A stretch of DNA of 64,000 bases. Source: Candidatus Azotimanducaceae bacterium (GTDB lineage Bacteria > Pseudomonadota > Gammaproteobacteria > Pseudomonadales > Azotimanducaceae). The position numbers and the translations under genes were made by a program. Shown piece after piece: positions 49,280 to 58,780 of this stretch (position 1 is its first letter; each line of letters opens with the position of its first letter). Under the pieces are notes generated by a model, which saw only the letters and a program-made list of their open reading frames with translations, made no database searches and had not been told where the DNA came from. The stretch lies in the NCBI GenBank assembly GCA_965215995.1, contig OZ244128.1, positions 400,284 to 464,283 of the forward strand, given 5' to 3'.

Positions 49280-50487
49280 GAGGTGGTCATCCTGGGTAAG
49301 CAGAACGCGGAATCAAGCTGCCGGACCAGCTCATCTGGTGCCGCGAAATCGGGCGCGACGAGCTGTTCCGTGGCGCTGGCTATTCCGAAAAACAAACGAC
49401 TGAACGTATTTATGCTGGCGGTCAGCGTGGGCAGGCCGGTTCGGGATCCCGCCTGGGCAGCCGATCGTTCGCCGATCCGGACCACGTACTCGCCGCCAGC
49501 ACCCTGCCAGCCATCCTCACCGAGGAACGCCTTGACCGGATCGGTCAGCAGCAGATTGAATTCGAACGCCGACCCAGGCCAGCTGAACCGATCCAGACAG
49601 GCGCTCACATCGAGCAATCGAACCTGCCACCAGGCGGCACTTCGATGAACGTTCTCGAAGGTAGATCTGTAGGTGTTGCGCCGATTGCGGAACGGTTGCT
49701 GCAGGAGGGTCTGCAGCTGCACGTGCGCCGGTTCCTGCATAACAAAGCTCGACACCTGATCGCCAAGCGAGCGGATCAGCGCCAATAGCTCCATGAGCTC
49801 ATCCAGGCTGCGGTAAGCCATGAAGGTGATCTCATAGGGACCGTGCTCGTCCTTGGCCTCGGCCCAGAAAAAATGGCTGAGCTTCTTACCGTCGAAGTAG
49901 CCGAGACCGAAGCCGTTGTCGTGCCAGCCGAGCTCACCTTTCATGAGTACCGGCGGATCGAGCACCACGGCCCCGTGATGCTTCATGCGCCCGACCATGG
50001 CGCTGTGCACATCGGCCCAGTCGTCCTTCGTCAGCCGGGCAGGCACTCGAAACGGTGCGTCCACCTGCAAGGTAGTGGGATCAAAACGGATCGTGTGCTC
50101 GTAGGCGCCGGTACCGAAGCCGACCTGATCGTAAAATCCCTGATCGAACATTCCGAGAGCCGCCACTTCCGCGCCTTCCTCGGCAGCAGTAGCCAGCTGC
50201 TGTGCGGTCATCACCCGGGCAAAGCCCTGCTTGCGGGCGATGCGGCTGGTGGTGACCGCCGTCACCGCGCACAGCTTCAACGGTTGGGTGAGGTGATGAA
50301 TCGAGCCCGGAACCGTATGCACCTGACATTCCGGGGTGCCGTTCAGGCAGCCGACGATGCACCGCCCGGTGCCTAAGAAATCCTTGACGAATCCTGCCTG
50401 GGATTCGTTCTCAACCCAGCCGCATTCATACCAGATGCGCTCGACCGCCCGAATATCCTCCTTGGGATCGAAAGGCCGGATATCCAT
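49267..50487 (-). CDS. Eis-like GNAT acetyltransferase (GNAT plus SCP2-like C-terminal domain)
   Basis: Trimmed to the ATG at 50487 (MDIRPFDPKEDIRAVERIW...). The roughly 400-aa architecture is typical of the Eis family. Confidence 0.7.
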   Translation of the reverse strand: MDIRPFDPKEDIRAVERIWYECGWVENESQAGFVKDFLGTGRCIVGCLNGTPECQVHTVPGSIHHLTQPLKLCAVTAVTTSRIARKQGFARVMTAQQLATAAEEGAEVAALGMFDQGFYDQVGFGTGAYEHTIRFDPTTLQVDAPFRVPARLTKDDWADVHSAMVGRMKHHGAVVLDPPVLMKGELGWHDNGFGLGYFDGKKLSHFFWAEAKDEHGPYEITFMAYRSLDELMELLALIRSLGDQVSSFVMQEPAHVQLQTLLQQPFRNRRNTYRSTFENVHRSAAWWQVRLLDVSACLDRFSWPGSAFEFNLLLTDPVKAFLGEDGWQGAGGEYVVRIGERSAAQAGSRTGLPTLTASINTFSRLFFGIASATEQLVAPDFAAPDELVRQLDSAFCLPRMTTSWEF

Positions 50488-50506
50488 CAGGTATGCCTGC
50501 TCATCA

Positions 50507-50977
50507 TCAGAAAACCAGCCGCGCCAGGCTTTCGGCGACCACGCAGGGCTTCTCGGAACCCTGCACCTCCACGACCACCTCATTCATGGTTTCGATCATC
50601 GAGCCTTTGATCTCCACACGCTTCAGCGTGCTGGTGGTGCGGATCTTCGCGCCCACAGGTACAGGCGATGGAAAGCGGATCTTGTCGAAACCGTAGTTGA
50701 TGGTCAGCTTCTGTCCCGGCAGTTGCGGCAGGCTCTCCGCTGCGTCCGGCTTCGGCAGGAAGCTCATGATCGACAGCGTCAGCTGGCCATGTGCGATAGG
50801 CGCACCGAACGGACCTGCCTTGGCCCGCTCCGGGTCGATATGAATCCACTGGTGATCCATGGTCACGTCGGCAAAGTCGTTCACCCGATCCTGAGTGATC
50901 TCGAACCACTCAGACGGCGTATTGCTTTCGCCGATTCGGGCGGTGAGCGTCTCGTAGGCGTTTTCGATGTCAGACAT
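50507..50977 (-). CDS. MaoC-like (R)-specific enoyl-CoA hydratase / hotdog dehydratase
   Basis: 156 aa with DHQWIHIDPERAKAGPFGAPIAHG. Confidence 0.85.
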   Translation of the reverse strand: MSDIENAYETLTARIGESNTPSEWFEITQDRVNDFADVTMDHQWIHIDPERAKAGPFGAPIAHGQLTLSIMSFLPKPDAAESLPQLPGQKLTINYGFDKIRFPSPVPVGAKIRTTSTLKRVEIKGSMIETMNEVVVEVQGSEKPCVVAESLARLVF

Positions 50978-51048
50978 GATCAGGTTCCCCGGAAGATTGA
51001 AGCGACATTATGCACATCGTGTCTGGCTGTGCAGCACTAGTAAACGAC

Positions 51049-51168
51049 GCAGCGTGTGAGGCGAAATACGATTTCATGCACTCCCGCTCGGGCGCTCCGC
51101 GCTTCCCTCAGTTACCTTTGTTGCCTCGCTCTCACGTTTATAAAATCGTATTTCGCCTCACACGCTGC
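51049..51168. repeat. 26-bp perfect inverted repeat with a 68-nt spacer (MITE-like or structured-RNA element)
   Basis: The left arm GCAGCGTGTGAGGCGAAATACGATTT (51049-51074) is the exact reverse complement of 51143-51168. It lies in a 227-bp spacer that appears lower in GC than its surroundings, between two minus-strand genes. Confidence 0.8.
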
Positions 51169-51204
51169 TGCACTTTCAGGTGCTCACGCTAATCACGTTC
51201 GACG

Positions 51205-51978
51205 CTAATCCCGCGGCACGGCCGGCCGGTATATCGGGAACTGGTCGAGCCCATGCACCCAGCGCAGGAGCTCTGCGTGACTCTCCTGCTCGGCGAGCAT
51301 CTCCAGCTGCATACGGGTGACCCGCATGAGGTCGAACTCCTCGGCGTCATTTCGAGCCATGGCTTCCAATGGCGAGATCCAGATGCTGTCCACCGTCTCT
51401 TTGTCGTCGTGCACGCCCGTCTGTCCCGGTGGCGCTTCGGCGAGGAAGAACCGGGTATCGAATCTGCGTGGACGCCCGAGTGGGGTCACGAAACGGTTGA
51501 CGAAGTGAATGTGGTCCACGGCCAGCTTCAGATCTTCCCGCTCGCAGATCTGAAGGAGGCTGAGCGTGCCGTCGTGCAGAGGACCACGGTAGGCATGGAA
51601 GCGTTCCCGATTCTCCGCATCGTAGGAAAGCAGCTCTCCCCCTGCCGTGTAGGCGAGCAGCAAGCCCGCCTCCTCGAAGCTCTCACGGATCCCTGCCACC
51701 CAGTAGCCACGCCACTCCGCACCCAAGGCAACCTGCTGCGGCGCCTGGAAGTCGGAAGGTCCCTGGCGATGAACATCGTACTTATGCAGATGGTCATCCG
51801 CATCGACCTTGCCACCGGGAAAGACGTACATGCCACCGGCGAAAGCCGAACCTCGCGATCGGCGCAGCATGAAGACCTCGAATCCTCCACGGGCATCCGG
51901 TGCTTCACGGGCGATGATGACCGTTGCGGCCGGGCGGATGGGTTGAACCGGTGTCTCGGGGGTTCGGGCTGGTGTCAT
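51205..51978 (-). CDS. NUDIX hydrolase
   Basis: 257 aa with a Nudix box region GGKVD...GIRESFEEAGLL. Confidence 0.85.
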   Translation of the reverse strand: MTPARTPETPVQPIRPAATVIIAREAPDARGGFEVFMLRRSRGSAFAGGMYVFPGGKVDADDHLHKYDVHRQGPSDFQAPQQVALGAEWRGYWVAGIRESFEEAGLLLAYTAGGELLSYDAENRERFHAYRGPLHDGTLSLLQICEREDLKLAVDHIHFVNRFVTPLGRPRRFDTRFFLAEAPPGQTGVHDDKETVDSIWISPLEAMARNDAEEFDLMRVTRMQLEMLAEQESHAELLRWVHGLDQFPIYRPAVPRD

Positions 51979-52746
51979 TCAGATTCCATATTCGTCATAG
52001 AAGGCCGCAACCGGCGCTTCGGCGATCATGGCCGGCAGAGGAAAACATTTCCATACCGCATCTGGATCCAGGTTTTCGATGTTGGCAAGGAAGGAATCCG
52101 CAAGCGGTTGACGGATCTGACCACGGTGATCGAGAAACTGGCCCCAGGACGATCCGCCGGTGAGCTTGAGCCCCGGGCCCTCGCGCACACGACGGGAGGC
52201 AACGTAAACCTCCGGGAACAGTCGTCGATAGGCGTGCAGGTGATAAAGCCAGGACGTTCCCCGGATGGAGACAACCGTCGGGTGCTCTGCCTTCAGCCGG
52301 AAAAACAACCGAGCGAGCTCGGCTTGTCTCTGCTTCGCACGGTCCTTACGCAGAGGACCGCCGCTGGCATCCACATCAACCGGCGAGAAATGGATACGCA
52401 CCATGCCGTCGGGGTTCGGGGGCTCCAACGAGAAGCAGCCTTCGTTCAGAGGATGATCGATCTGTGCAAAGGGGACGAACCGCTCTACCGCCAGCGCAAC
52501 CGTCTTTGCGGCCATCTGATCAATAGTGTTGCAGCTCTCGAGCGCCAGCAGGTAGGCATGCCAGCGGGGACTCAACGGTTTCTTCCGTGCACTGCCCAGC
52601 CCACAGCGGCGATGGATGTTGGTCTGCAAAGTGACCGCTTCCGAAAACGGGCAGCCAGTGGCCTCTGCCCACGCCTGCGCAAACTGCAGCTGCAGCGCGA
52701 ACCAAGGTTCCAGCCGCTGGGCAGCCTCCTTATCGAGACGCTCCAT
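51979..52746 (-). CDS. hypothetical protein (255 aa)
   Basis: Track ORF 51979-52887 is trimmed to the ATG at 52746, which shares 1 nt with the MFS stop (TGATG). Its own stop abuts the Nudix ATG (TGAATG). I recognise no family. Confidence 0.6.
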   Translation of the reverse strand: MERLDKEAAQRLEPWFALQLQFAQAWAEATGCPFSEAVTLQTNIHRRCGLGSARKKPLSPRWHAYLLALESCNTIDQMAAKTVALAVERFVPFAQIDHPLNEGCFSLEPPNPDGMVRIHFSPVDVDASGGPLRKDRAKQRQAELARLFFRLKAEHPTVVSIRGTSWLYHLHAYRRLFPEVYVASRRVREGPGLKLTGGSSWGQFLDHRGQIRQPLADSFLANIENLDPDAVWKCFPLPAMIAEAPVAAFYDEYGI

Positions 52747-53933
52747 CACCCCCGCCCCCTTGCACTGCCCGCCAGGGTCAGCAGCAGGGAAATCAGAACC
52801 GCACCAGCAGCGACCACGAGCAGCGCGCTCGACCAGTCGAGGCGCACGGCCAATGCACCGACCAGCAGAAAAAGCGCCGTCGCCCACACCTCGAGACCAG
52901 CACCAGCCACCGAAGTAATCGTCGCCCGGGCACTCACATCGATCTCATTCTGCAATCCGGTTTCCAGTAGCACCTGCACGGCACCCATGGCGACGAAGTA
53001 GAGGCTGAAGGTGATAACAAGCCAGGCAACACCCAACAGAGTAGTGAGGACCAGCCCGGCACCCAGCAGAACGTGACTGCCGGTGCTGATCCAGCCGGCC
53101 CTGGTCAGCGGCACGTTGCCCAGCCTGTGCGCCAGCGCGCTGCCGAACGCCTGGCAACCCACCACCACGCCGTATATCAGCCCGATGGTGCCGAGCGACA
53201 GAGCCAGCTCTTCTTTCAGGAGCGGGCCGACATACTCATCGAGCACCCCTGAAAGTCCGGCGAATACGATGAACATCAACGCAATCAGCCGCAGCCGGGG
53301 CTGTCGTCGCAGGCTTGTCAGCGCTTCACGAAACGGCTGCTCAGGTTCGTCTTCATCAGTGGGCCGGGCGTGGCTTCGAGCTGGCTCGCGAATGAAGCAG
53401 ACCACGAGCAGACCTGAAAGAAACGGCGCTGTCGCCGAGAGCAGCAGGACCGCCTCAAAACCGTTTTCTGCCAGATACCCCCCGATCGCCATCGCCACCA
53501 ACACGGCAACGCTGGAGGCCGCCCTGCCTCGCCCATAGATACGCGCGAAGGCAGCAGTACGATCCTGCTCAGCCAGCACATCGTAGAGCAGCGACTGCTG
53601 GGTGCCGCTATGAATGGCGCTGCCGAGACTCCAGAGCACAAAGCCGAGGGCGAAGCCGCTGAAAGTCGGCCACAGCCACCAGGTGAGAAATCCCGCGGCA
53701 CCAGCCAGCGAACCAGCGAAGATGTAAAGGCGTCGGTCGATCTTGTCCGCCACTACGCCGGAGGGGATTTCAAAGGTAAACGCCGCCACGGCCCAGATCA
53801 CGAACAGCACGGAGAGCTCAAATTCGTTCACGCCTTCCGCGAGCATCATGATCGCATAGACGGGGTAGATGAGGATCAGATCGTCTATGAACGACTGAGC
53901 CAGCCAGACCGGCTCGATATGCCGGTTCTTCAC
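52746..53933 (-). CDS. MFS transporter
   Basis: 395 aa with about 12 TM segments and an MFS loop motif GVVADKIDRR. Confidence 0.85.
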   Translation of the reverse strand: MKNRHIEPVWLAQSFIDDLILIYPVYAIMMLAEGVNEFELSVLFVIWAVAAFTFEIPSGVVADKIDRRLYIFAGSLAGAAGFLTWWLWPTFSGFALGFVLWSLGSAIHSGTQQSLLYDVLAEQDRTAAFARIYGRGRAASSVAVLVAMAIGGYLAENGFEAVLLLSATAPFLSGLLVVCFIREPARSHARPTDEDEPEQPFREALTSLRRQPRLRLIALMFIVFAGLSGVLDEYVGPLLKEELALSLGTIGLIYGVVVGCQAFGSALAHRLGNVPLTRAGWISTGSHVLLGAGLVLTTLLGVAWLVITFSLYFVAMGAVQVLLETGLQNEIDVSARATITSVAGAGLEVWATALFLLVGALAVRLDWSSALLVVAAGAVLISLLLTLAGSARGRG

Positions 53934-54643
53934 GAGCTGGTCGATGAAACGGTCGGCGTACCGGGGTAGCGCTTCTCGCCTGCCCGGATCGGCACTGTCA
54001 GCTGGTTCTCCGGTGGCGGGATGGGACAGGCGTAGGTTGGATCGTAGGCGCAGAGCGGATTCATGGCCCGATTGAAGTCGAGCACCGGCGCGTCGGGCAG
54101 CGGCAACGACAGCTCAAGGTAACGCCCACCGGCATAGGTTTCCTCGCCGTTGGTCGCGTCACGGAACGGCACCAGCAGGAGGTTGCCCATACCGCCTTCT
54201 TCTCGACGAAATGCCTTCAGTCGCAGCGACCGATCACCGAGCGTTGCGCTCAGCGTGCCGTAGTGAGAGTAACGAAGGGTCCGGCGATCATAGGTCGGCA
54301 TGGCGAACACGCTGGGATCACCTGCCCGCTCGAAGACCGTGGTCAGCGCGAGCTCCGGAGCCGGCTCGAAGTACTTAAGCCCTCTGAAGGACCGACGATC
54401 TGCTTCGGACAGCGGTGAGAGAATGCGATCGCGGAATCGGAAATCCACGTTGTCCCGGTAGCGCTTAAGTCGAGCGACGAAGTCAGGCTCAAAGCCTGGT
54501 GCCGCCCGAACCTCACCGCCGCCTACCGATCCTGGACCCTCCGCCAGTGGCTCTTTCGTCGGCAGCAGGGAGGCAAAGAGCAGCAAACACAGCGAGCAGG
54601 CGCTGGCTAATGCGTGCCTATGAAGTTTAAAGCGTCCAGCCAT
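53930..54643 (-). CDS. DUF1684 domain protein with signal peptide
   Basis: C-terminal NPLCAYDPTYACPIPPPENQLTVPIRAGEKRY, which I recall as the DUF1684 signature. There is a 4-nt overlap with the downstream MFS gene. Confidence 0.7.
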   Translation of the reverse strand: MAGRFKLHRHALASACSLCLLLFASLLPTKEPLAEGPGSVGGGEVRAAPGFEPDFVARLKRYRDNVDFRFRDRILSPLSEADRRSFRGLKYFEPAPELALTTVFERAGDPSVFAMPTYDRRTLRYSHYGTLSATLGDRSLRLKAFRREEGGMGNLLLVPFRDATNGEETYAGGRYLELSLPLPDAPVLDFNRAMNPLCAYDPTYACPIPPPENQLTVPIRAGEKRYPGTPTVSSTSS

Positions 54644-55280
54644 CCGTGCCGGGTGCCTTGTTGAGGCGAACTTCGCCGTGCGCCGTATCGATCACCGCTG
54701 TGAGGTCTTCGGACTCTCCCTGCTCCGCGGTCAGCGCGATACCCAACCCGGCAAACACCTCATTCAGTGCTGCCGCATCCGGGGTCCGGATCGCAAGCTC
54801 CCGGTACTGGCCGGCGGTCGGGTTCGTCGTCGCCGGGTGGGGCGTCTCCAGCCAGTCGATGAAAAACGGTACTAACCCTGGAAACCGATGCCCGCCCAGA
54901 AACAGCAACTCCCACTTGAGAAGATCGCCGTCCGGCGTCCGCCGCTCGGTGGCAATGGGTCCGCGTGCGGTGATCTCGAGCCCAGCCGCCCGCTCGGCCA
55001 GGGCGGTCAGTCCAGGGGCAGCGGCAGCCCAGGTGATCAGCCCGCAGCCGTCGAGACTCGCAATCCGCTCACCGAAAGTACCCGCGAGATCCTGATTCGG
55101 ATCCGGGGCAATGATCTCCAGATATACGCGATCACCCAGAGAAAGCAGCGCGTTCCGCGTGCCGCCGCCGGGATGCACCCCACCGGGGGCTGCCGCCACG
55201 CCAAACAGCCGCTCCGCTTCCGCCATACCTTCTTCCAGGGTTGGCGCACCCCACATCAGATGATCCAGTTCGATGGCCAC
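54627..55280 (-). CDS. VOC (glyoxalase-like) family protein
   Basis: 217 aa starting IELDHLMWGAPTLEEGMAEAERLFG. It has a Glyoxalase_3-like pattern. Confidence 0.7.
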   Translation of the reverse strand: MAIELDHLMWGAPTLEEGMAEAERLFGVAAAPGGVHPGGGTRNALLSLGDRVYLEIIAPDPNQDLAGTFGERIASLDGCGLITWAAAAPGLTALAERAAGLEITARGPIATERRTPDGDLLKWELLFLGGHRFPGLVPFFIDWLETPHPATTNPTAGQYRELAIRTPDAAALNEVFAGLGIALTAEQGESEDLTAVIDTAHGEVRLNKAPGTDGWTL

Positions 55281-55349
55281 TTGCCTGCCCCTGTTTCTTC
55301 GACGGTCACAATGTATATTGGCCCCAGTTCAAGGGGAAGCGGAGACATC

Positions 55350-55658
55350 GTGTCGAGCGAAGACAAGGCGCCGTCTGGTGGCGGGAACGATGAGTCACCC
55401 GTGCGCGATAAGAACCAGGCCTATTGGCGCGCCAATCTGAAGCTGGGTGCTGTGCTCCTCAGTATCTGGTTCATCGTTTCCTTCGGCTTCGGCATCCTGC
55501 TGGTGGAGCCGCTGAACCAGATCCCCTTCTTCGGATTCAAGCTCGGTTTCTGGTGGGCACAGCAAGGCGCCATCTACGTGTTCATCGTCCTGATCTTCGT
55601 CTACGCCTGGGCGATGAAACGGCTTGATCGCAAGTACGACGTGCACGACGACGACTGA
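55350..55658 (+). CDS. DUF4212 small membrane subunit of a sodium:solute symporter
   Basis: GTG start. [27 protein letters not shown]...[18 protein letters not shown]. It sits immediately upstream of the SSS permease. Confidence 0.8.
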   Translation: MSSEDKAPSGGGNDESPVRDKNQAYWRANLKLGAVLLSIWFIVSFGFGILLVEPLNQIPFFGFKLGFWWAQQGAIYVFIVLIFVYAWAMKRLDRKYDVHDDD

Positions 55659-55663
55659 TCGGT

Positions 55664-57433
55664 ATGGATGTAAAGGTCTTAACTTACCTGTTCGTCGGGC
55701 TCTCCTTCGCCCTCTACATCGGCATCGCCATCTGGTCCCGGGCGGCCTCGACAAAGGAGTTTTACGTGGCCGGTGGCCACGTGCACCCGATCGCCAACGG
55801 GATGGCCACCGCCGCGGACTGGATGAGTGCCGCGTCCTTCATTTCCATGGCCGGCATCATTGCCTTCATGGGCTACGACGGCACCGTCTATCTGATGGGC
55901 TGGACCGGTGGCTACGTGGTGCTCGCCCTGCTGCTTGCCCCTTACCTGCGGAAATTCGGCGAGTTCACCGTGCCGGACTTCATCGGCAGCCGATACTACG
56001 GCAACGCGGCCCGGGTGGTCGCCGTGATCTGCCTGATCGTCGTCTCCTTCACCTACGTCGCCGGTCAGATGCGTGGCGTCGGCATCGTCTTTTCCCAGTT
56101 TCTGGACGTGGACATCACCCTCGGCGTGATCATCGGTATGGCCGTGGTTTTTATGTACGCCGTGCTCGGCGGCATGAAGGGCATCACCTATACCCAGGTG
56201 GCTCAGTACTGTGTGCTGATCTTCGCCTACCTGGTGCCGGCCATATTCATTTCCATTCTGATCACCGGCGTGCCCATACCGCAGCTTGGCCTTGGTGCCA
56301 ACGCAGTTGGCGAGTCCATTCCCGTTCTCGAGAAGCTGGACAACACCCTGGTGGAACTCGGCTTCGGACCCTATACCGAGGGGGCGAAGAGCACCATAGA
56401 CGTCTTCGCCATCACCATGGCCCTGATGATCGGCACAGCAGGCCTACCGCACGTGATCGTGCGTTTCTTCACCGTGCCCAAGGTATCGGATGCGAGGAAA
56501 TCCGCTGGCTACGCACTGCTGTTCATCGCCCTGCTTTACACAACCGCGCCGGCAGTCGGTGCCTTCGCCCGGCTCAACTTCATCGACACGGTCCACGACC
56601 ACGCCTATTCGGAAACCGCGCCCTGGTTCAAGAGCTGGGAGAACATCGGCCTGATCGGCTGGCTGGATAAGAACGGCGACGGAGAAATCCAGTATGGTCC
56701 CGGCGCGCCATTCACCGGCGCGCCCACGTTCAAAGCACAACGCGGCCCGCAAGGCGAGCGGCTGGTGGCGAACGCGCCTACCGAGACCAGCAACGAGGTA
56801 TACGTGGACCGGGACATCATGGTGCTTGCCAACCCAGAAATCGCGGCGCTGCCGCCATGGGTGATCGCCCTGGTCGCAGCCGGCGGTTTGGCGGCAGCAT
56901 TGTCGACGGCAGCCGGCCTGCTGCTGGTGATCTCCACCTCCGTATCTCACGACCTGATCAAAAAGACCCTGGCTCGAGGCATCAGCGACCGACAGGAACT
57001 CCTCTACGCTCGAATCGCGGCGGCACTGGCGATCGCCGTGGCCGGTTACCTCGGCATCAATCCCCCAGGTTTCGTTGCTCAGGTGGTGGCGTTTGCCTTC
57101 GGGCTGGCCGCCGCATCGCTGTTCCCAGCCATACTCATGGGAATCTTCTCGTTGAGGATGAACCGGGAAGGTGCAGTGGCAGGGATGCTGGCCGGACTTA
57201 TCTTCACCTTTGCCTATATCGTCTACTTCAAGTTCGTCTCGCCGGATCTGAACAATGCCGAGCACTGGTGGTTCGGCATCTCGCCGGAAGGCATTGGTGC
57301 CCTGGGTGCGGTCCTCAACTTCGCGACTGCCGCCCTGGTTGCCCGGTTCACCGCACCGGTACCCGGCGAGGTCCAGGCGCTCGTGCACCGGATTCGGGTG
57401 CCTCGCGGCGTCGAGACGCCCCACACTCACTGA
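55664..57433 (+). CDS. sodium:solute symporter (SSF; ActP / VC_2705-like)
   Basis: 589 aa, polytopic, with [32 protein letters not shown] typical of the SSF family. Confidence 0.9.
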   Translation: MDVKVLTYLFVGLSFALYIGIAIWSRAASTKEFYVAGGHVHPIANGMATAADWMSAASFISMAGIIAFMGYDGTVYLMGWTGGYVVLALLLAPYLRKFGEFTVPDFIGSRYYGNAARVVAVICLIVVSFTYVAGQMRGVGIVFSQFLDVDITLGVIIGMAVVFMYAVLGGMKGITYTQVAQYCVLIFAYLVPAIFISILITGVPIPQLGLGANAVGESIPVLEKLDNTLVELGFGPYTEGAKSTIDVFAITMALMIGTAGLPHVIVRFFTVPKVSDARKSAGYALLFIALLYTTAPAVGAFARLNFIDTVHDHAYSETAPWFKSWENIGLIGWLDKNGDGEIQYGPGAPFTGAPTFKAQRGPQGERLVANAPTETSNEVYVDRDIMVLANPEIAALPPWVIALVAAGGLAAALSTAAGLLLVISTSVSHDLIKKTLARGISDRQELLYARIAAALAIAVAGYLGINPPGFVAQVVAFAFGLAAASLFPAILMGIFSLRMNREGAVAGMLAGLIFTFAYIVYFKFVSPDLNNAEHWWFGISPEGIGALGAVLNFATAALVARFTAPVPGEVQALVHRIRVPRGVETPHTH

Positions 57434-57452
57434 TCCTGTCGAGGAGAAACGC

Positions 57453-57926
57453 TTGAGCAAAGTCACTGACATCATCGCCGACGTTCACCACCTGTTCGGA
57501 CACGAAGTAGGTTTGTCCGACTGGATCCTCATCGATCAGCGGAAGATCGATGCTCACGCCGGATCCACCAACGACGACAGCTGGATGCACACAGACCCGG
57601 CCCGGACGGCTGAGGAATCGCCGTTCGGCAAGCCCATCGCTCAGTCCTTTCTGGTGTTGTCCTGTCTCACGGACATGGTTGCGGCAGTCGAGATACCGAT
57701 CCCCGGCATCGTCTATCGGCAGAACTACGGGTTTGATCGAGTACGTATCGTTCAGCCGGTGCTCGTCGGCAGTCGCATTCGCGGCCGCTTCGAATTGAAC
57801 CGAATCGAACCCAAGGGACCGCACGGCATGCTCGTGCACTTGGATGTCTCCATCGAGATCGAGGATGACGACATCGCTCCGGCCGTCGTCGCGGAGTGGC
57901 TGGCCTACGTTCGGGTGGCAGACTGA
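57453..57926 (+). CDS. MaoC-like hotdog-fold dehydratase
   Basis: TTG start 6 nt after GAGGAG (track ORF 57255 trimmed). Contains DDSWMHTDPARTAEESPFGKPIAQ. Confidence 0.75.
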   Translation: MSKVTDIIADVHHLFGHEVGLSDWILIDQRKIDAHAGSTNDDSWMHTDPARTAEESPFGKPIAQSFLVLSCLTDMVAAVEIPIPGIVYRQNYGFDRVRIVQPVLVGSRIRGRFELNRIEPKGPHGMLVHLDVSIEIEDDDIAPAVVAEWLAYVRVAD

Positions 57927-57945
57927 GCTTCCGTCTGGCGCCCTG

Positions 57946-58749
57946 TCACTCGCGCGGTTTGAAGAGGTGCGCGTGAATCCGGTGCAGCACCCCGAACTCG
58001 TTCGGCGCCCGCTTCTTCAACATCGCCTCATGCGCCCGATCGAACGCTGCCACTTCGTCCTCCGTAAGCGTTGCTGCAATACCCCGCAGCGCCCGCATCC
58101 GGCCTCGCCACGATTCACGGGTAAAGGGTATGGCTTCGTCGTAAACAAAGAGACCCACAAGATCGAAAGCCTCACGAGACCAGGAGGGCTCCGCCGGCAG
58201 CACGCCATCCCAGTCCGCTCCTGACCAGTCTGGATTGTGCTCGAGAACGAGCGCTTCCGACGCAGCCACCAGCGGATCCTGTCTCGGTAGAAAGCTAAAA
58301 TGAGAAACCAGCAGCAGACCTTCAGGTCTGAGCACACGCAGCACTTCGGGAATCGTCTGCTTCAGATCGAAGTACATCCAGCACTGGTTGGCCGTAACCA
58401 CATCGAACGACGAAGATCTGAAGGGCAGTGACTCCGCCCCGCCCTGTCTGAACTCGATGTCGAGGCCATCGCGGCTGGCAGCAGCCTGAGCCACCGAAAG
58501 CTGGTCCGCTGAAATATCAAGGCCACTCACAACCGCACCTGCTTCGGCGAAGCGTCGCGCAAGCAGACCGGTGCCGGTACCCAGGTCCAGAATCCGTTGA
58601 CCCGACCGCCCCACGGCAAAGGCCCGGAGGCGCTCGTAGAAACTCTCCGGCGGTCCAGGCCGGAACCGGTCATAGTCCACGGAAGTACGCCCCCAGTCGA
58701 AACGGCGACCGGCATCCACATGTTCGAAGGACTGATCAGACATGGGCAT
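57946..58749 (-). CDS. class I SAM-dependent methyltransferase
   Basis: Motif I is RILDLGTGTGLLA. The start is at ATG 58749 or 58743 (track ORF 58830 trimmed). Confidence 0.85.
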   Translation of the reverse strand: MPMSDQSFEHVDAGRRFDWGRTSVDYDRFRPGPPESFYERLRAFAVGRSGQRILDLGTGTGLLARRFAEAGAVVSGLDISADQLSVAQAAASRDGLDIEFRQGGAESLPFRSSSFDVVTANQCWMYFDLKQTIPEVLRVLRPEGLLLVSHFSFLPRQDPLVAASEALVLEHNPDWSGADWDGVLPAEPSWSREAFDLVGLFVYDEAIPFTRESWRGRMRALRGIAATLTEDEVAAFDRAHEAMLKKRAPNEFGVLHRIHAHLFKPRE

Positions 58750-58780
58750 ACTGCGAGCTTGATGGGAGAACGAGCCTACC

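Noticed and set aside
51049-51168. Integron attC site or canonical rho-independent terminator as the interpretation of the 26-bp inverted repeat
   Set aside because: There are no GTTRRRY/RYYYAAC core sites at the boundaries and no integrase nearby. There is no U-tract after the stem, and the 68-nt loop is too large for a simple terminator.
51186-51210. Direct repeat ACGCTAATC x2 (51186-51194 and 51202-51210)
   Set aside because: It is only 9 nt, and the second copy overlaps the Nudix stop codon. It is too short to distinguish from chance.
51253-53001. 582-aa plus-strand ORF spanning three minus-strand genes
   Set aside because: It crosses the Nudix, hypothetical and MFS genes in one antisense frame. 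It has no recognisable motifs and a skewed Arg/Gly/Leu composition. The minus-strand genes have family motifs and coupled start/stop junctions.
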